This document shows, piece after piece, positions 59,060-64,000 of a stretch of DNA of 64,000 bases. The stretch spans positions 3,642 to 67,641 of the forward strand of contig CAYVUY010000001.1 of assembly GCA_964455195.1 (NCBI GenBank), in the 5' to 3' direction. The notes under the pieces were generated by a model that was not told where the DNA came from, searched no databases, and saw nothing but the letters and a program-made list of their open reading frames with translations. The position numbers and the translations under genes are program-made. This stretch comes from an uncultured Candidatus Saccharibacteria bacterium. GTDB lineage: Bacteria > Patescibacteriota > Minisyncoccia > Phycocordibacterales > UBA5272. The stretch's first letter is position 1; every line of letters starts with the position of its first letter.

Positions 59060-59074
59060 AAGTAATTTTTTCAT
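58625..59074 (-). CDS. Type IV pilin, copy 1
   Basis: MKKLLRSQKG/FTLIE; same length as copy 2. Confidence 0.93.
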   Translation of the reverse strand: MKKLLRSQKGFTLIEILLVVAAIAILAGIVIVAINPGKQLGDTRNAQRRSDVTTLLNAAYQYSIDNNGVLPAGITASSTEICAQGAASCTGVIDLSVLALNGKYLVGIPQDPQKVTANGNGYNIFKDVNGRITVTAPLAEQGAVITVTR

Positions 59075-59305
59075 AAAATGTAAATTAGTATTTTTGTATT
59101 TAAACACATTAACCTTATAAATGAGGCACTATAGAATTTGTAGACTTGATTGAAGTTCGTGACAGAGCTCATGGATTAATGTCATCATACGTTGATGAAA
59201 AACATAGAACCTGAAACCGTAGCCAAGAAATTCATCAAGCACACAAATTCTATATAAAAAGGCACAAATAACTTGCCTTAGTCAGTATATCAAATATAGA
59301 AGGGT

Positions 59306-59731
59306 TTAGAAGTCCCCAACCTCTTTCCATGAGGATAAGATTATTGAGGGGGTAGTCGTAGCAATAACGATTTTTACCTTACTTAGGATGGTTCCGACCT
59401 GCCCTGTTGCATTAACCGTTATATTTTGGCCGTTTTGGCTGGTAATAGTGTAGGAACATGTACCCGAAGCAATCGTTAAATTACCACTCCCCGTGGTTGT
59501 TCCAGTTTCTAGTATTTTTTGCAAAGCCTCTTCTCCACATGAAGAAGCTGCTACTTTAGCACTTCCTGCTTGCTGTAATGCGAAATCTGTCCTTGATGCA
59601 GTCACCCCAGAAAGTAACACTGAAAGCATGATTGCTGTGCCAATAGCTCCAATAATAAGAACTGAAAGTAGCGCTATGTACCCTCGACGCATATGTACTC
59701 TTAATCCCCTTGTATGAAAGGTACTTGTCAT
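59306..59731 (-). CDS. Minor pilin, PilX/ComGG-like
   Basis: G/YIALL without Glu5, hydrophobic helix, ends WKEV. Confidence 0.75.
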   Translation of the reverse strand: MTSTFHTRGLRVHMRRGYIALLSVLIIGAIGTAIMLSVLLSGVTASRTDFALQQAGSAKVAASSCGEEALQKILETGTTTGSGNLTIASGTCSYTITSQNGQNITVNATGQVGTILSKVKIVIATTTPSIILSSWKEVGDF

Positions 59732-59735
59732 GGAT

Positions 59736-60254
59736 TTATTGTCTCAGTGTAGCACTTCCTGTAAATGACTTTGTGAAGGAATTTTCATTACGACCACTGG
59801 TATTAATATGGTCTATAGTAAAAGAAATACGTACTATTCTGTCAGTAGAACCTACAGATGAGATATTTTGAAATAGAAGTGAGGAAACAGCCACATGAGA
59901 ATTCGTAAGTAATATAGGAGCATTTGACCCCTCTGTGATTCTCACAGAACCATTTACTATATCAAATACTGTCGGACTAAGAAGCGGGTCAGACATAGTC
60001 ATTGATAGTGAAGTGCTTGTTGCTCCTATACTAGGGAAATCAACAGTTTTGGCATTTCGTATTGTCTGAGTTACTAATTGCATTACTTGTAACCCCTGCT
60101 GATTAACATCACCTATAGATTGATTTTTGATTCTTGAACTCATGAGGAATGTTAAGAACAAAGAAAGCGAAAGGAGTACGAATGACAAAACACTTACATA
60201 TAATAGTAATTCAACTAGTGAAAACCCTCTGAAAGTTCTTGGTACTATTTTCAT
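59736..60254 (-). CDS. Minor pilin, PilW/GspJ-like
   Basis: G/FSLVE prepilin motif; TIRNA; ends ATLR. Confidence 0.82.
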   Translation of the reverse strand: MKIVPRTFRGFSLVELLLYVSVLSFVLLSLSLFLTFLMSSRIKNQSIGDVNQQGLQVMQLVTQTIRNAKTVDFPSIGATSTSLSMTMSDPLLSPTVFDIVNGSVRITEGSNAPILLTNSHVAVSSLLFQNISSVGSTDRIVRISFTIDHINTSGRNENSFTKSFTGSATLRQ

Positions 60255-60256
60255 AC

Positions 60257-62590
60257 TTACTTTTGCCAGAAAGCAAATGAGAATGGTGAAGAAATAACTT
60301 GTGGAAGTGTTGTTTCTAGGGCGCCTCCATCTGAGTTAGTCCATGTGAATGTTGATGTGCTTGTTAGACTGAGTCTTTTCGCAAAGAGGTCATTAGCATT
60401 ATCCGATGTAAGGAACATAAGCTGACTTGTATCAACTGGATCCATGTGTATATCCATGTAACCACGAGTAGTATTAATAAGTGGTGTTGGGACGAAGTCT
60501 GGTTGACGTGTGAAGACACCAGCATTTCCTGAATACCAATTAATATTAGGAGAGTTAAGGTCTGTATAGACAACAACGGATCGTGTTGAAGTACCGTTAA
60601 TTAACCACCCTGTTGTTACTAACTTAGATGCAGTATATGGAACGCTACACGAAGTATCGGCGTTTGCTGTATCAGTCCATGTCGAACCATTCCAATATCC
60701 GATTTGAAGATCGCCCCCTGCATTACCAATGGACGCAAACACTATTTCATCTGTTTTTGGATTGGCAGAAATATCAAGTGATGTAGCGTCGTCTAAGAAT
60801 GTAGGTGGTGTTGATACTGGTCCCCATATACAATTAGCAATTCCACCAGTACATGTTCTATATCTCACACCGTTTGTTCCATTATTTCCCGCACCATTTG
60901 CCCATACCAACATTAAATCTCCAGACACAGATTCGAATTCAAGATCCATATCTTCTATATCATGAGACGATGAAACTATTTCAACATTATTATCTGTTAC
61001 TGCAGATGGTTCATTAACCCACGCAGTACCATCCCAGATTTTTGCAGAAATATCATCACTAGTATCTACCCATGTAAGCGCTATTATATTTGACCCTGGG
61101 CGTCTATCTTGTGCCATCTTTACATACATAATGTCATTTGATGTACGAAGTGGATCAAGGAGTGTTTCTCCAGACCAGTTAGCAGACCCACATCCGGTTG
61201 CACCACTTTTCGTACGATATCCGAGTTGGCCAGGGTTATGTGTCCCTTTACTATAGACAACCATCGCATCACCTGATGTTTTTTCAAATGCTATATCATT
61301 ACGATGTCTATTACCAACTCCACCTGAAGCTGCTACGAACTCTTGTGTCCAGCTTGTACCATCAAAACACATCACAATAAGTGACCCTGTTGAATCGTAA
61401 TACCCTGCAATTGCTGTGTGATTAATAGGTGAAGTTCTAATAATCCACGTTGGGCCAACGGTTGCTGTGAATGTTCCAGTTTCAGCACTAAACGTATTAG
61501 AAGATGTAAAATAATTTCTAAACTTAGGAACATTGGTTCCATCTCCATAAATCATAAGTCCGGAAAGAGATGTACTACTACCGTTACCATTACCTTGTTG
61601 TACTATTTCTTCATTTGTAAGGGTACAAACTTTATCATCACCTGGTAGGAAAGATATTGTTCCATTAGTAAAACATCCTCCACTGTAGGTAAGAGTATAA
61701 AGTGAGCTCGATGCTTCTGTAATAACATATGATCCAGAATCTATGGTCGTTGTCGCGCCAACCGTTACTGTTGTTGAGCCGATTTTATACGGTGCGAAAT
61801 CAGAAACAACCTTGGATCCTCCATGATTAATAACTGTAGCGTCTATTTTAATATGTGAAAGTTTTTCTTCATTGGTAATAGTACATAACTTAGATGATGA
61901 GGCTGTGAGTGTTACTTGGCCACTTGCATTACAATCCCCACTAAAGGTTTGTATATAGTTTGGATTGGTCGCCTCAGAAACAGTGTACGTTCCTGCTCCG
62001 AACTTAGTAGAAGTAGCAAGTTGCACCGTCGTAGCACCCACTTTATACGGCGCGAAATCTGCAGTCGTTTTGGAAAGCCCGTGATTAATAACAACCTTAT
62101 TAACCATAAGTCCTTGTCCCAAATTAAAAACTGTTTTCCAATTCGTAAGTCTTCCATCGAGAGAAATACTTCCTGTTCTTCCTGGTGTCTGTTGCCATGT
62201 AACATTCGTGGTGATATTTTTCCTGTTAGCATCAACTGTCGAAATGATAACTTGTCTTGTATAGATTCCAGTAACATCTTGTGTTCCAGAAAAACTCCAT
62301 GCGTTATTAGAGTACACAAGACCATGAGTTCCATCAGTTAAGCTGGCGAAGTTAACATTTTTCATACTTCTGACAGCTTCTTGCCCCTCTTCTGCTAAGA
62401 TTGTTGCTTGAGATCTATTCCCAGCGAGTGTTGATGCCTCGAAACCATAATAAAAAACACCCACAAAGGCAGTAACAAGCATGATAAAAACAGAACTCGA
62501 CAAAAGTACTTCGACAAGTAAGAAGCCGTGTCTCTTCCTATTAATAGTCAACCATTCCTTTTTGATTAATTGTGACATTTCTAACTTCAT
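60257..62590 (-). CDS. Large minor pilin (PilV-like head) with two Ig-like repeats and a C-terminal propeller-like adhesin
   Basis: G/FLLVE, AEEGQEAVRS, two VINHG...CTxTNEE repeats, WDG/WNG repeats; start at 62590 or 62578 uncertain. Confidence 0.78.
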   Translation of the reverse strand: MKLEMSQLIKKEWLTINRKRHGFLLVEVLLSSSVFIMLVTAFVGVFYYGFEASTLAGNRSQATILAEEGQEAVRSMKNVNFASLTDGTHGLVYSNNAWSFSGTQDVTGIYTRQVIISTVDANRKNITTNVTWQQTPGRTGSISLDGRLTNWKTVFNLGQGLMVNKVVINHGLSKTTADFAPYKVGATTVQLATSTKFGAGTYTVSEATNPNYIQTFSGDCNASGQVTLTASSSKLCTITNEEKLSHIKIDATVINHGGSKVVSDFAPYKIGSTTVTVGATTTIDSGSYVITEASSSLYTLTYSGGCFTNGTISFLPGDDKVCTLTNEEIVQQGNGNGSSTSLSGLMIYGDGTNVPKFRNYFTSSNTFSAETGTFTATVGPTWIIRTSPINHTAIAGYYDSTGSLIVMCFDGTSWTQEFVAASGGVGNRHRNDIAFEKTSGDAMVVYSKGTHNPGQLGYRTKSGATGCGSANWSGETLLDPLRTSNDIMYVKMAQDRRPGSNIIALTWVDTSDDISAKIWDGTAWVNEPSAVTDNNVEIVSSSHDIEDMDLEFESVSGDLMLVWANGAGNNGTNGVRYRTCTGGIANCIWGPVSTPPTFLDDATSLDISANPKTDEIVFASIGNAGGDLQIGYWNGSTWTDTANADTSCSVPYTASKLVTTGWLINGTSTRSVVVYTDLNSPNINWYSGNAGVFTRQPDFVPTPLINTTRGYMDIHMDPVDTSQLMFLTSDNANDLFAKRLSLTSTSTFTWTNSDGGALETTLPQVISSPFSFAFWQK

Positions 62591-63020
62591 TGGTAGTTGA
62601 TGTAAGTGTTGTTGTTCCAGTGCTTTGTGGCATGCCAGTTTGTTTACTGAACAAAACATCGTTTAATCCAGAAAACACAATGCTAGCCGATACAGAGGCG
62701 TCCTCATCGTATGCCTGATCGCGTGTTGCATAATTAATACCCTTATATAAGAGTATACTCCCCGTTGCTACGTGCACCCCCCATGAACTATCCCCATCTG
62801 TAATTTGTGACAGTACTTGCGCCCTTCTAAAATTTTCAACGAGGGTCATTACTGCGATATCAGTATCATTTCTTACCATGAATTTATGGTACGCTGGTAT
62901 TGTCATTGTAAAAATAATTAGAAGTATAGAAAGAGATAGTGCAATTTCTATCATCGTGAAAGCTCTGTAGCTAGATTGCGAGTTGCGATATGTAGGTTGT
63001 GTGAAATCAAAATTTTTCAT
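62541..63020 (-). CDS. Minor pilin, FimT/GspH-like
   Basis: A/FTMIE prepilin motif; ends VTINQKG. Confidence 0.8.
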   Translation of the reverse strand: MKNFDFTQPTYRNSQSSYRAFTMIEIALSLSILLIIFTMTIPAYHKFMVRNDTDIAVMTLVENFRRAQVLSQITDGDSSWGVHVATGSILLYKGINYATRDQAYDEDASVSASIVFSGLNDVLFSKQTGMPQSTGTTTLTSTTNEVRNVTINQKGMVDY

Positions 63021-64000
63021 GCTTTATTAATACCTCCAACCAGACTATATATAGGTAAAATAACTGCAAAAGCAACACCCACGACACCTGCCCATACGAT
63101 AACGAGAAGTATTGGTTCCATAATGATGGTAAGGTTTTTTGTTGTGGTGTCTGATTTTTCTTCGAGAACTTGGCCTATTTTTAAAAGTGTTTTATTAAGA
63201 TTTCCTGATTGTTCCCCTGAGAAAATAAGTTGTTGCATTGGTTGAGGTATAAGTTTATCCGTCTTAGGATAACTCATAAAACTTTTCTGGAAAGAATTTC
63301 CCATTTCAATAGAATCTTTGAGGTGTGTATAGAATTTTTTGTATCTCACAGAGTCCGATGCTCCTAGTAATGACTCAATCGCTTTAATAATAGGAAGGCC
63401 AGCTTCAAGAAGTGTTCCTAACAAATATCCCAATCGTGCAACTTCAACTTCCATAAGAAGTGTTTTAATTCCTGGTATCGAGTATAAGAATGATTCCCCT
63501 AAGAACTTTGTTTTGTCATTTATAAAAACAGTCCATATCACAAGTGCGAGCACGGTAAATCCAAGCGGTACGAACCAAAGTCCATTTTTTTGTAAGAACA
63601 AACCGAAGCCAATAAGGATTTTTGTTATAAGAGGAAGATCAAGTTTAAGATCAGCAAAAATCTTCGCAAGCTTAGGAAGAATAAACCATGAAATACCCAA
63701 CCCAATAACCACCACCAAAACAAGTACGAACACCGGATACATAAGGGCTGACTTTACTTTTGATTTAAGATTTCTTTCTTTTTCCTGTTGAAGAGAAACC
63801 ACTTTTAGATTCTCTGCGAATTTACCGGACTCCTCACCAATACGAAGAAGAGAAATAGTATACCCCTTGAAGAGCCCTGTTCTGTCGAATGATTTCCATA
63901 GTGGTGAACCACCTTCCAGCTCCAGCAATATTGCTTCTAGGATTTTTTTCATCTGAGCACTTTTTGTATCACGGGTGATTGCAGCAAGAGCACTCATAAT
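63017..64000 (-). CDS. pilC: Type IV pilus platform protein PilC/GspF (5' end outside window)
   Basis: GEESG, KSALMYP, LLEAGLPI, GEQSGNL, MEP motifs. Confidence 0.92.
   Translation of the reverse strand: MMSALAAITRDTKSAQMKKILEAILLELEGGSPLWKSFDRTGLFKGYTISLLRIGEESGKFAENLKVVSLQQEKERNLKSKVKSALMYPVFVLVLVVVIGLGISWFILPKLAKIFADLKLDLPLITKILIGFGLFLQKNGLWFVPLGFTVLALVIWTVFINDKTKFLGESFLYSIPGIKTLLMEVEVARLGYLLGTLLEAGLPIIKAIESLLGASDSVRYKKFYTHLKDSIEMGNSFQKSFMSYPKTDKLIPQPMQQLIFSGEQSGNLNKTLLKIGQVLEEKSDTTTKNLTIIMEPILLVIVWAGVVGVAFAVILPIYSLVGGINKA

Noticed and set aside
58161-59074. Pilin duplication as a DGR template/variable repeat pair
   Set aside because: Differences are not adenine-specific, both copies are intact genes and no reverse transcriptase is present
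1-64000. CRISPR/TIGR-type arrays, prophage, alternative genetic code, and the many short antisense ORFs
   Set aside because: No regularly spaced repeat-spacer array or phage hallmark genes seen; core genes translate full length in code 11; antisense ORFs shadow well-supported genes

Overview
AT-rich bacterial chromosome segment with the gene content of a Patescibacteria (CPR, Parcubacteria-like) organism; the taxonomy is inferred from gene content. Core genes: uvrC/uvrA/uvrB, tgt, malic enzyme, a non-oxidative pentose-phosphate/glycolysis cluster (gap, rpiB, rpe, split transketolase, PfkB kinase, class II aldolase), tRNA-Trp, rpmG, glycyl- and histidyl-tRNA ligases, gyrA, rpsA, pth, lepB, rpsU, ybeY, ftsA and ftsZ. 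Surface and signalling genes: a cluster of TrbC/VirB2-like pilins, an HTH-MurA fusion, a class III cyclase converging on an acyltransferase-HAD fusion, and a type IV pilus locus. I see no CRISPR array, rRNA, transposase or integrase. Main unexplained signals: (1) a dispersed family of hairpin elements with compensatory base changes and tandem GA motifs, each flanked by direct repeats of different length (4.9, 13.9, 38.8 kb); (2) two gene architectures, with near-leaderless housekeeping genes interspersed with GC-richer orphan genes that carry Shine-Dalgarno sites and often their own promoters and terminators; (3) an unassigned multi-stem RNA directly upstream of tRNA-Trp; (4) a perfect 18-bp palindrome in the promoter spacer of the HTH-MurA fusion; (5) long structured leaders before rpsA and before a pair of partly identical pilin genes. 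All alignments and folds were done by eye; no database searches were run.
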